A model generated the notes under the pieces. That model did no database searches, was not told the DNA's origin, and was given only the letters and a program-made list of their open reading frames with translations. The position numbers were made by a program, and so were the translations under genes. This document shows positions 16,820 to 24,907 of a DNA stretch of 25,748 nt, piece after piece. Each line of letters begins with the position of its first letter. Within the stretch, counting starts at the first letter, position 1. Origin of the DNA: a virus (Duplodnaviria; Caudoviricetes); the IMG/VR virus record IMGVR_UViG_3300020533_000259, positions 1 to 25,748 of that record. The stretch is one strand, 5' to 3'.

Positions 16820-17515
16820 CTATTCATATTGTTTTTTAATCCAATATTCTTTTTTATACCAATTAAAAAAAACTAAATTAGATTTTTTGTTATTTAATTT
16901 TCCTTTATAAGTTAAACCTTTAGTTTTTTTTAATTTATAAGATTCTTGTTGAAAAGGAATGAGTTGCATAATTGGAGTTCCCTGTAAAATCATTCCTTCA
17001 AACCCAGTTTTAATATAAAAAGGAAAATTTCCATGTGGTGCATTAATAAAAGGACCATCAATTATTCCAGATAAAGTGTAAAATGGTAAATCATTTCTGT
17101 TAAGCGGATGAGTTATCAATATACTATATCCTTTAGGAACAGAAAATGACACGTTTGGATCCCACGTATACTCTAATGGATAAAATCCAGTAGGCACTAA
17201 ATTTTTATCTGCCACCTGTTCTCTAGTTCTCATAACGTGATCTTTATTTACAAAAATAATATTTGGTATGCCATTGTTATTTTTAACATATATATCAAAT
17301 GGTAATGTAATCATGTAGCCAATAGAAAGAGATTCTAAAAATGGCATACATTTTTTAACTGTTGCATTAATTGAATTGTCATTTAAATTAATCATTTCAT
17401 TGTTGGTGTATGGTAATATTTTTTTATACCAATCTGGTATTTTTGTTTTAGCGGGTACTAAAATATCAGGATACTCTTCAAGAGAACTTTCGTGCTTAAT
17501 GATATTTTTTTTCAT
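16820..17515 (-). CDS. Hypothetical protein, possible dUTPase-like beta-clip fold
   Basis: KCMPF, PKGYS, SGIID, GTPIMQLIPF; leaderless start. Confidence 0.6.
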   Translation of the reverse strand: MKKNIIKHESSLEEYPDILVPAKTKIPDWYKKILPYTNNEMINLNDNSINATVKKCMPFLESLSIGYMITLPFDIYVKNNNGIPNIIFVNKDHVMRTREQVADKNLVPTGFYPLEYTWDPNVSFSVPKGYSILITHPLNRNDLPFYTLSGIIDGPFINAPHGNFPFYIKTGFEGMILQGTPIMQLIPFQQESYKLKKTKGLTYKGKLNNKKSNLVFFNWYKKEYWIKKQYE

Positions 17516-17521
17516 TAGATC

Positions 17522-17550
17522 AGTATAACAGTAATTAAATAATTTGTCAA
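17522..17550 (-). promoter_or_regulatory. SigA-type promoter TTGACA-N17-TATACT
   Basis: Consensus -35/-10; ATG 6 nt downstream of the -10. Confidence 0.8.
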
Positions 17551-17600
17551 TTTTAGTATGCTAAATACTGATATAATTTAATAAAGAACAGAGGGAAAAA

Positions 17601-17933
17601 ATGGATATAACTTTAAAATGTATGAGATGTGGTGATCACATAACCATTGAGTCTAATCCAACAGATGGATATTGCTATAAGTGTGAAAGCAAAACAATAT
17701 TTGCTGTTGTTACAGAAGAAAATAAAGACTCTCTGCCATTTCCAACTAATCCGATAGGAATGAAAAATATAGATTTTAATGATCCTGGTAAAAATTGCCA
17801 ATGTCGTGCAGGCACATGTCCTTGTGGCAAATTTGTTGCTCATGCTATTTCTGATCCTTGTAATGCAAATGATTTTAATACAAAAGAGGCTAAAGAAAAA
17901 GAACTTATCGAACAACTTAAAGCAAAAAAATGA
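17601..17933 (+). CDS. Cys-rich Zn-binding hypothetical protein
   Basis: CMRC, CYKC, CQC..TCPC; GAGGG RBS and TGaTATAAT upstream. Confidence 0.7.
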   Translation: MDITLKCMRCGDHITIESNPTDGYCYKCESKTIFAVVTEENKDSLPFPTNPIGMKNIDFNDPGKNCQCRAGTCPCGKFVAHAISDPCNANDFNTKEAKEKELIEQLKAKK

Positions 17934-17955
17934 ACAGAGATGGTACAATTTTAAT

Positions 17956-18705
17956 ATGAAAATAAATGAATTAAAGGGTGGAGTTTTATATATAGAAAAT
18001 GCAATTCCATTATCTAAAGAATTTATTAAGGCTATTGAAGAAAATAATGAAAATAAAAAAATTAATAAAATTATACCACCTTGGGAAAAATGGCTAACTG
18101 GATACCACGTAGATGGTGTTTGGACTCCAATTAATCAAAAAGGATTTACTAAAGATATAGATTGGGATCATACTATTAATCATAAAAATACAAAATGGCC
18201 TAAAATTAATATAGGTCCACTTTATAGTCAAGAACATTCTCAAGCATATAATATTTTAAAAATGATAGATGAACCATATCAAAAGGCTTTAGAAATTTGG
18301 TCTGAAAAAACAGGAAATCCAAGGGTAAATTTAATAACTAAAAATTATGCAATTAAAAAATACAATACTTTAGAAATGCTAGGATCTCATACGGATAGAG
18401 ATCATGATCATGAGTTTAACACGTTTGATTGGACTGCACTAATATATCTAAATGACGATTATGAAGGTGGAGAACTAGAATTTAATAAACTTGGTTATGA
18501 AATTAAGCCAAGTGCTGGAAGTATAATTTTTTTCTCAAGTGATGAGGTTCATTCAGCAAAAACAGTTTTATCTGGTAACAAATATTTTATATTTTTTTAC
18601 ATACAAAGTCAACTTGGATATACACATTCAATTAATGAAAATTTTTCTGAAATTGTAAAAAATATTAAATTAGACATAAAAAGAAAGCAAGGGAAAAATG
18701 ATTAA
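17956..18705 (+). CDS. 2OG-Fe(II) oxygenase (prolyl-4-hydroxylase-like)
   Basis: HTD, YLNDDYEGGEL, distal H, V.SG.KY; leaderless start at 17956 (TGgTACAAT-N6-ATG). Confidence 0.88.
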   Translation: MKINELKGGVLYIENAIPLSKEFIKAIEENNENKKINKIIPPWEKWLTGYHVDGVWTPINQKGFTKDIDWDHTINHKNTKWPKINIGPLYSQEHSQAYNILKMIDEPYQKALEIWSEKTGNPRVNLITKNYAIKKYNTLEMLGSHTDRDHDHEFNTFDWTALIYLNDDYEGGELEFNKLGYEIKPSAGSIIFFSSDEVHSAKTVLSGNKYFIFFYIQSQLGYTHSINENFSEIVKNIKLDIKRKQGKND

Positions 18706-19510
18706 TGTAATACCTGTAGAATTTCCTGGTATTGAAAACGTATTAAAAAATTCAGACTACTACAAAGACAAATTAATATCTGACTCCGTAATATGTTTTA
18801 GAAATGCCAACTTAACACAAGAAGAGCAATTTGATTTTGCCAAAAAACTAGGCAATCTTATAGGGTGGTCACTTCTTAATGATACAAGCGAATACATAGA
18901 AAACCATGTTCGTAAGTCAGACTTTAAGCATGGTCCAGACGATATTATTGTAGAGTGGCATGTTGAGCATACATATTACACAAATCCAATAGTGGCTTCA
19001 ACTTGGAATATGTATAATTTTAAAACAAATCCAGAAAATGGAAAAACATATTTTGTAGATACAAATGTGGTATTTAATATGCTTTCAAAAGAAGAACAAG
19101 AGTTCCTTACTAGTTGTATTATTGTTGAGCCAGATAGCGTAAGAAATTCACAACTAAAAACTGGTTTTGTATCTGGGCAAACTCATTTAGCAGACAATTA
19201 CCCAATTATTGTTAAACATTGGCTAACAAGTAAGCCAATAATTAGATTTACAATTTTGCCAGAACCAATGATAATGAAGTTAGTTTCTTATAAAAATCAA
19301 GATCCAAATAAAGATACTTTAAAATACTTTAAATCGTTAATTAGAAAAATAGAAGATATAATCTGGAACAATGAAGATATAAGAATAGTTCATAGATGGC
19401 AACAAGGTGACTTAGTAATTCCAGATTTGTTTAAATTGGCCCACGCTGTTACTGGCGGATTTCGTCCTGAAGATAGAGAATTTAGAGGTATCTGGGGATA
19501 TAAGGATTAA
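18698..19510 (+). CDS. TauD/TfdA-family dioxygenase
   Basis: VICFRN, WHVE, G.T.FVD, HRWQQGDLVI.D....H, terminal R. Confidence 0.85.
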   Translation: MINVIPVEFPGIENVLKNSDYYKDKLISDSVICFRNANLTQEEQFDFAKKLGNLIGWSLLNDTSEYIENHVRKSDFKHGPDDIIVEWHVEHTYYTNPIVASTWNMYNFKTNPENGKTYFVDTNVVFNMLSKEEQEFLTSCIIVEPDSVRNSQLKTGFVSGQTHLADNYPIIVKHWLTSKPIIRFTILPEPMIMKLVSYKNQDPNKDTLKYFKSLIRKIEDIIWNNEDIRIVHRWQQGDLVIPDLFKLAHAVTGGFRPEDREFRGIWGYKD

Positions 19511-19587
19511 TTCGCTTTAAGTTCGGCGGCAAATAGGAGGTAACAAACCTTCCCCTGCCCTAAGAGGGCAATAGCGGTTAATATTTC

Positions 19588-19773
19588 TTACTCCGCCTGC
19601 CTCAAAAATGGCTGTGACCAAAGTTCTGTTAAAGACTCATCGCCTATGTCATCAAAGTAGTAACGGTTTTTGGTTTGGCTATATGTCCAGCCTTTCCACA
19701 TACCCTCGTCATCCCAAGTAAGGTTTGTATGTATTTCATTCATGGTTTCTTCAATTATATCATTTAGATTCAT
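19588..19773 (-). CDS. Small acidic Trp-rich hypothetical protein
   Basis: Leaderless TGgTATGCT-N6-ATG. Confidence 0.65.
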   Translation of the reverse strand: MNLNDIIEETMNEIHTNLTWDDEGMWKGWTYSQTKNRYYFDDIGDESLTELWSQPFLRQAE

Positions 19774-19850
19774 TTATTAAGCATACCAGAATTCGGCGGG
19801 TATAGAAAGAGTATCGTAATCCCCAATGTAATAACAAACCTTGTATGCAA

Positions 19851-20072
19851 TTAAACTTCAAACATTCCTTCAGGAACTGGTTTTCTAACCAACATAAGAG
19901 AATTAATCTCATCTGTGTATTGAGGATATTGCCGTCTAAGGTTTTTTAATATTTTATTGTATGCCCTTATACGATTCTGATTTCTACATCTTTCAAGTTC
20001 CTTGGCTATATGCAAACCATCTCTAACTAAAATATCTTTAATGCTTGTTGGCTCTGCTTTCCATGATTTCAT
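19851..20072 (-). CDS. Hypothetical protein
   Basis: Leaderless after TTGACA-N16-TATAAT (20106-20079). Confidence 0.7.
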   Translation of the reverse strand: MKSWKAEPTSIKDILVRDGLHIAKELERCRNQNRIRAYNKILKNLRRQYPQYTDEINSLMLVRKPVPEGMFEV

Positions 20073-20260
20073 ATATCAATTATATCTAGTCTGAATGGTT
20101 TGTCAAGTCTTGCCAGATATGTCCAATTACACTGGTTTGATATGGACAATATGGAGCCAGAAGGATGGTTTGATACCGTCGCAAATAGGGCTTAGAAGGC
20201 TTTTAAATGGGTGGTTTGGAGGTTTGGTATGAAAGATAATCCTTACTGATATTTTTTGGA

Positions 20261-20300
20261 TTGGGTTAGAATGGAGGAAAGTGGAGCAAAGTGGGGGATT
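20261..20300 (+). repeat. Four 10-bp-phased TGG repeats (MraZ/DCW-box-like)
   Basis: TTGGGTTAGA-ATGGAGGAAA-GTGGAGCAAA-GTGGGGGATT. Confidence 0.6.
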
Positions 20301-20352
20301 GAGCGTTTTTATAGAGGGCGTCGTAATGTCCTGGCGGCCAAACCTCCCTATC

Positions 20353-20383
20353 CCAAACCTTCATATCTGCCAAACCTTCATAT
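20353..20383 (+). repeat. 14-bp direct repeat CCAAACCTTCATAT x2
   Basis: Exact copies at 20353-20366 and 20370-20383. Confidence 0.85.
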
Positions 20384-20392
20384 TGGGGCTGC

Positions 20393-20421
20393 ATTATATA
20401 CCAGATATAGAGGTTTGTCAA
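20393..20421 (-). promoter_or_regulatory. Consensus SigA promoter TTGACA-N17-TATAAT with no clear CDS downstream
   Basis: Exact consensus hexamers and spacing. Confidence 0.75.
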
Positions 20422-20564
20422 CTATAATATGCCTATAAAAACATAACAAAAAAGTTATAAAACTATTGGAAAACCAGGAAAAAAGTATAAAAAGGTTTGG
20501 TAATTATGGGAAAAGTTTGTATAATTCAGGGATTTTTTTTCCCGCTTCGTAATGTCTATTAGTA

Positions 20565-20747
20565 CTATGATTTATTGCGGGGCGGGAATTTAAAGAGAGA
20601 TCGTAATACCCTTATAGGTATAGTAACAAACCATTTTAACTTCTTCTCTAGATTATTTTGTATCTTTAACTCTGGAGACTCATTCTTATAATGCTCTGAT
20701 TGAAAGTAAGGGCTAAACATTACATTAGAAAAATGTCTTGGACTCAT
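20565..20747 (-). CDS. Hypothetical protein
   Basis: Leaderless TGtTATAAT-N6-ATG supports a real start. Confidence 0.55.
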   Translation of the reverse strand: MSPRHFSNVMFSPYFQSEHYKNESPELKIQNNLEKKLKWFVTIPIRVLRSLFKFPPRNKS

Positions 20748-20917
20748 AGGATTATTATAACATTGTTTGTAGATAGAAAGGTTTGAAAGGTTTGGGAAAA
20801 TAAGGTTTGGGATCGTAATAACTTTCTGGGATTTTTTGAATTGGGTTCTTAATGTCTTTTTCGTAAATGAGGTTTGGAGGTTTGGGAATATGTACCCAGG
20901 ATACTACGCCTCAGACT

Positions 20918-21202
20918 TTACTCAGTTCCATTAGTATTCTCCTCTGCGCTTTCAAATACCTCGTCCAAATCAGACCAGCCAGTATCCTCTAGGTTTAACC
21001 CTGCTAAGAATAGCGACCATGTTTCTGTTATATACCTTGCCCCATCGTCTGACACCTCACAAAGGTTCTCAGCAACAAAGTAGGCAAGCGGTAGCCCTAA
21101 GTCATTAAACTCTATAAAGTCTTTAAACTCTTCATCTTCTTTATATACAGAATAAAGTTTACCTAAGATATTGCATATATTACGGAAGTCTGTCACTATC
21201 AT
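20918..21202 (-). CDS. Acidic hypothetical protein
   Basis: Overlaps upstream gene; FIEFNDLGLPLAY; alternative start GTG 21196. Confidence 0.75.
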   Translation of the reverse strand: MIVTDFRNICNILGKLYSVYKEDEEFKDFIEFNDLGLPLAYFVAENLCEVSDDGARYITETWSLFLAGLNLEDTGWSDLDEVFESAEENTNGTE

Positions 21203-21413
21203 ACCCCAATCTATTTTGCTCTACCTTGTCCTCTTGGAACTGTGCGCTTTCTAATACTTCTAATGACCTGCGATAAATCAAATAGGGAGTTGCTCTAGCC
21301 AAGTAGTAGCCAACCTTTTCTAAGTCAAGATAAAAGTCGGACAAGAGTTTGCCAATGGATACGGCAACCTTTTCCTCTTTGCTCTGTCGCTGTAATCTAC
21401 TAATACGATACAT
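21180..21413 (-). CDS. Hypothetical protein
   Basis: TGaTATAAT plus GGGGT RBS upstream. Confidence 0.75.
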   Translation of the reverse strand: MYRISRLQRQSKEEKVAVSIGKLLSDFYLDLEKVGYYLARATPYLIYRRSLEVLESAQFQEDKVEQNRLGYDSDRLP

Positions 21414-21445
21414 AAGACCCCAATCTATATTATATCAAAGGAAGG

Positions 21446-21480
21446 GGGAGAGCGCAACCCACCACAGTTCACGCCCTCCC
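21446..21480 (-). terminator. GC-rich hairpin after the stop at 21488
   Basis: GGGAGGGCG...CGCTCTCCC on the - strand; weak U-tract. Confidence 0.5.
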
Positions 21481-21487
21481 GTATTGG

Positions 21488-21886
21488 CTAGCGAGAGGTG
21501 ACCCCAACCCCCGCTGATGAAGCCCCCACACTGGAGAGATCAGTGCTGGGCAAATTATAATTAATAAAACTATCAATGTCTTTGTGGTCTACTCCATCAT
21601 GACTGATAGTATTATCTGTTAGGTCAATTAATATTGGATGGTCCATAAACCCTAAGTCATTAGGATCGCATGCATAGATACCAAACCCTGTCTCATCCAA
21701 GATAGAGTCTTGCAATAGATAACTAATAGCCATACGTGTGTAGTATTCTGTATCACCTTTACGTGGAGCAGAATGCTGCAGGGCCTGAGCAAGATCTTGA
21801 TACATACTGTCTTCTCCCCAGTGGCTGTACAGCGCTACCGCTAGGTCCTCTGATTGTTTAAATACAAATGTACAACGTGCTCCCAT
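21488..21886 (-). CDS. Hypothetical phage protein (MGAR...LYSHWG)
   Basis: AGGAG RBS; TAATG coupling. Confidence 0.8.
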   Translation of the reverse strand: MGARCTFVFKQSEDLAVALYSHWGEDSMYQDLAQALQHSAPRKGDTEYYTRMAISYLLQDSILDETGFGIYACDPNDLGFMDHPILIDLTDNTISHDGVDHKDIDSFINYNLPSTDLSSVGASSAGVGVTSR

Positions 21887-22215
21887 TAGTCATTCTCCTT
21901 ATTTAGGTCACCCATAAAATCAATAACTATTTTAGATACCCGCTCATCTTGCATAATTGCGTAGACGGGATACAAACCATCACCATATCCAGTATTAAAT
22001 ACTACTGCCTTAGCATGGCCTAACTCACCATAGGTTTTATTAATTGTGGTAGCGCTAGCGCCATGATAAGAGTAATCTCCACCCTTACCTTCAAGATTCC
22101 ACTCATCATGTTTGTTAGTATCCCAATCATCTAAATAGCATGGGTCGCCTACCATGGCCTGACCGCTATCAACTGAAAAGTATCCTATTTCTATTAAGTC
22201 ATTTGTATTTATCAC
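21886..22215 (-). CDS. DUF4241-like protein
   Basis: VDSGQ..VGDPCY and TGYGDG.YPVY; AGGAG RBS, GTG start. Confidence 0.6.
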   Translation of the reverse strand: MINTNDLIEIGYFSVDSGQAMVGDPCYLDDWDTNKHDEWNLEGKGGDYSYHGASATTINKTYGELGHAKAVVFNTGYGDGLYPVYAIMQDERVSKIVIDFMGDLNKEND

Positions 22216-22224
22216 GGGTTCTCC

Positions 22225-22782
22225 TTAGAAATGAAAGTCGACTGGTACTAGATATTGTCTCACGGCTTGTTCAGGTTTGTCAAGTCGCTCTTTAAGATAG
22301 GTTACTTCAGCAATATTCTCATCAAGGTCATAAAGCCCACTATCGGGTGTCCAACCCCCCATTAGCATTGTTGCTGTTTCTTTCATAGTATAAGCAGACA
22401 TCATGGTGTCACCGTTATACTCTGACCGACCACCCTCTGAGGCATAGTCAACCATATCACTAATAAACTTATCAGGCTTGAACTGTTTGATTGCTCTGTT
22501 CATAGCCTCTGATTTCCATTTACCTACACTGATTAATGCTTCCTGGAATTTTTCCTTATCTTCAGAAAAGCCCAACACATCAGTAGGGTCATCGTTGTAA
22601 CCTGCCATAATGTTGTTTTCTTTATTTGCATTACTGCTCCACCTTCCTCCACCTACGACGTGCCAATCTGACCAGTCTGCTAGGCGATATCCGTCTTCGT
22701 TTGGTTGTAGGCTTACAACAACTTTGTCAAAAGCCTCTTGCTTGCTATCTGCTTCAACTGCTATATAGTGTAGAGTATGCAC
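22225..22782 (-). CDS. Hypothetical phage protein
   Basis: WSDWHVVGGGRW...VDFHF motifs. Confidence 0.8.
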   Translation of the reverse strand: MHTLHYIAVEADSKQEAFDKVVVSLQPNEDGYRLADWSDWHVVGGGRWSSNANKENNIMAGYNDDPTDVLGFSEDKEKFQEALISVGKWKSEAMNRAIKQFKPDKFISDMVDYASEGGRSEYNGDTMMSAYTMKETATMLMGGWTPDSGLYDLDENIAEVTYLKERLDKPEQAVRQYLVPVDFHF

Positions 22783-23096
22783 TATTCGTCCCTTCCCTCG
22801 ATTAGTTGTATCTGATAGTACTGGCTGTCATCATAGGGAACGGTAGTTACAAAATACCCAATCCTATTAACTACATGATAGCCGTCACAGATATAGGTCC
22901 CACCGTCATCTCCGTCACTATAAGTCCATATCCTATTACTGTCTTGGGCTTTGACAAACTCTAACTCATCACCATATGTCTCAAACATATAGCCATGCTC
23001 ACCGTCATGGAATGAGGCATTGTCGTCTAGGTAGTTAGGTATAGGCTTGAACTGTTCAAACCATTCATCCTCTGTAAGTTGTATGAGGTTTGGCAT
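22782..23096 (-). CDS. Acidic hypothetical phage protein
   Basis: FETYG.E, RIWT, GYHVVNRIGY; coupled on both sides. Confidence 0.8.
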   Translation of the reverse strand: MPNLIQLTEDEWFEQFKPIPNYLDDNASFHDGEHGYMFETYGDELEFVKAQDSNRIWTYSDGDDGGTYICDGYHVVNRIGYFVTTVPYDDSQYYQIQLIEGRDE

Positions 23097-23251
23097 TACT
23101 TAACTTTATCTGTAACTACTGACAAACCATTGATTATTTCTAATACAACGCTGTCCTCGTCCTCAGTATCAGTTTCGTATGTGAAGTTCATATAATCACC
23201 TGTTGGCTCAAATATGATTTCTACTTGCCATTCGTTTGAGTATTCGTCCAT
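23096..23251 (-). CDS. Small acidic hypothetical protein
   Basis: AGGGAG RBS before ATG 23251; promoter TTGCAA-N17-TAAAAT upstream. Confidence 0.65.
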   Translation of the reverse strand: MDEYSNEWQVEIIFEPTGDYMNFTYETDTEDEDSVVLEIINGLSVVTDKVK

Positions 23252-23321
23252 TGTGGGTCTCCCTTGTTGGTTTCTTAATATAATTTTACTATGCCCTGCG
23301 AATTTTTGCAAGGTATCGTAA

Positions 23322-23337
23322 GGTGATTTACATCACA
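23322..23337. promoter_or_regulatory. CRP-like palindrome GGTGA-N6-TCACA
   Basis: One mismatch from TGTGA-N6-TCACA; just upstream of the -35 at 23311. Confidence 0.5.
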
Positions 23338-23489
23338 CCTTCATCTATATAGCCTTCTGCTAATAGCCCCTCAAAGAAATCCCATATGGTTAATAGGCCT
23401 TGCTTTATTTTTGGGTCGGTAGCGGTATCAATAGCAACAGTTAAACTATCACCAAATGCTTGTATATCTTTATATGTATAACCTAACAT
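23328..23489 (-). CDS. Hypothetical protein (53 aa, MLGYTYKDIQAFG...)
   Basis: Translated by hand; GGGGAGG RBS; TAATG coupling. Confidence 0.7.
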   Translation of the reverse strand: MLGYTYKDIQAFGDSLTVAIDTATDPKIKQGLLTIWDFFEGLLAEGYIDEGVM

Positions 23490-23632
23490 TATTCCTCCCC
23501 ATACTTGACAATGGTATTTAATGTGGTATGTATATTACAATCACAATCTCCACTAGCCATGCTATCCATAAAGTCTAAGTGTTCTGAGTTATCCTGATAG
23601 ATGGTTTGTATTAGTTGGTTAATTGTGGTCAT
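23489..23632 (-). CDS. Hypothetical protein (47 aa, CDCxxH motif)
   Basis: Leaderless after TTGACT-N17-TAAAAT (23667-23639). Confidence 0.7.
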   Translation of the reverse strand: MTTINQLIQTIYQDNSEHLDFMDSMASGDCDCNIHTTLNTIVKYGEE

Positions 23633-23725
23633 ATTAATATTTTACAGGAAACTGGGAAAAAAGTCAATCTTTCTTAATGAAACAATTATGTGTTATTATT
23701 TAAATAGACAAAACCCAGGGCGGGG

Positions 23726-23799
23726 CGATCCCAACGGGACTTGAACCCGTAGCCTTTACCGTGACAGGGTAACGATCTAACCAATTGATCTATGGGACC
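23726..23799 (-). tRNA. tRNA-Asp(GTC)
   Basis: Acceptor GGTCCCA/TGGGATC; anticodon loop CTGTCAC; T-arm ACGGG-TTCAAGT-CCCGT; CCA not encoded. Confidence 0.95.
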
Positions 23800-23803
23800 A
23801 GCG

Positions 23804-23831
23804 GAGCAGTTTTAAATCATGCTCAGGATTT
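23804..23831 (-). ncRNA. H-type pseudoknot motif, copy 2
   Basis: AAATC-C-TGAGCA-T-GATTT-AAAAC-TGCTC. Confidence 0.7.
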
Positions 23832-23835
23832 TTTA

Positions 23836-24852
23836 CTAAACTATTTGCAAAGTTTTTTGCACAACAGTTAGCAAACGATTTTTCTCTGCGTTAGTTGCAG
23901 GGTCAAATCCAGAAGCAGCAGCAAACATACTTTCGCCATTTGCACTACGAGATGAACGATACCAGTCTAAACGCTCAGTTAGTGCATTGAACGCACCCCA
24001 AGCATTACCAGCAATCATGCCATTGAAATCACCAGTATAAATATCGTTAATCATATTTACCTTGTTTTCCCATTTCTTGATTGCACCCTTAGTGTCTAAT
24101 TCTGGCTTAGGGTAAGCAGCAAGAATAATATCATTGAAGTCTTTCGCTGATATTTCTTTTTGTATCATAGCATGAGCCATCTTGTCGAATTCGTCCATGT
24201 ATGAGTTAGCCATACCTAGTGCTTGACGAGCAACAGCAACCTTACCATTAGCGGTTTGAGTATGACGGATTTTGAAAGATTGCTTTACGCCATCTTTTTT
24301 CTTAGTACGATTGAGTGCAACATTGAGAGTGTTAGCGCACACAACACGAACAGGTGTGATACTTGCTTGAATAGCGATTGAGCCATCATGGCTAGTATTG
24401 ATAAGCAAATAAGTCTTTACCTTATCTGCAACACCATTAGGGTCTAAGATTGTTTCACGCTCTAAAGCAAGAGAGCCAAACACTACACGACCACCCTTAA
24501 GAGAGCCAGCGGTTTCCCAACGACCCCCACCATCAAGAATGTTATCGCCAAATGCAAACAGTTCTTCATTTTGTAGTGGTGTATATCGCTCACCAACAAT
24601 TCCCAAAACATCAGTTTGAGATTTATCAGTAGGGTTTGTGCGAACAACATATTGATATTGTTTGTCAGATATTAAACTAGATGGGATTTCTAAATCCTCT
24701 AGTCTAACGTTCCAACCATTAAGATTGGCAGCAGCAAGCATTTCACTTGTATTTTTCTCAGTATCAAATACAGTACCAAGATTGTGCCATGCAGGTTCAC
24801 GGAATGATGCAAAACTTGCAACACCGTTTTGAGTTTCTAACTCATGAGCCAT
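23836..24852 (-). CDS. DUF932 (TIGR03299-like) phage/plasmid protein
   Basis: PAWHNLG, Y.PLQN, ETAGSL.GG, NTSHDGS, TPVRVVCANTL, RHT, AWGAFNA; AAAGGA RBS before ATG 24852. Confidence 0.9.
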   Translation of the reverse strand: MAHELETQNGVASFASFREPAWHNLGTVFDTEKNTSEMLAAANLNGWNVRLEDLEIPSSLISDKQYQYVVRTNPTDKSQTDVLGIVGERYTPLQNEELFAFGDNILDGGGRWETAGSLKGGRVVFGSLALERETILDPNGVADKVKTYLLINTSHDGSIAIQASITPVRVVCANTLNVALNRTKKKDGVKQSFKIRHTQTANGKVAVARQALGMANSYMDEFDKMAHAMIQKEISAKDFNDIILAAYPKPELDTKGAIKKWENKVNMINDIYTGDFNGMIAGNAWGAFNALTERLDWYRSSRSANGESMFAAASGFDPATNAEKNRLLTVVQKTLQIV

Positions 24853-24878
24853 TTTTGTCCTTTCGATTGTTTTAATTA

Positions 24879-24907
24879 ATTTTATCACTCATGGATGACA
24901 ATGTCAA
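24879..24907 (-). promoter_or_regulatory. SigA promoter TTGACA-N17-TAAAAT
   Basis: Consensus -35 with TG-extended -10 upstream of DUF932. Confidence 0.75.

Noticed and set aside
11183-17948. ORFs 11183-11380, 12110-12310, 12602-12862, 13185-13373, 14270-14464, 14741-14995 and 17613-17948
   Set aside because: Shadow ORFs of longer motif-bearing genes.
17779-17955. N-terminal extension of the 308-aa oxygenase ORF
   Set aside because: Overlaps the Cys-rich gene; TGgTACAAT-N6-ATG supports 17956.
20073-20900. CRISPR array or mini-array
   Set aside because: Repeats are only 6-14 bp, irregularly spaced and in both orientations; no constant repeat-spacer period and no cas genes.
20256-21083. + strand ORFs 20256-20438 and 20874-21083
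   Set aside because: TTG starts without RBS, running through repeat DNA or antisense to a real gene in an otherwise minus-strand region.
23804-23831. tRNA-associated theta/HDV-like or hammerhead ribozyme
   Set aside because: The element lies 5' of the tRNA, is only about 30 nt, and lacks both the nested double pseudoknot and the CUGAUGA/GAAA core.
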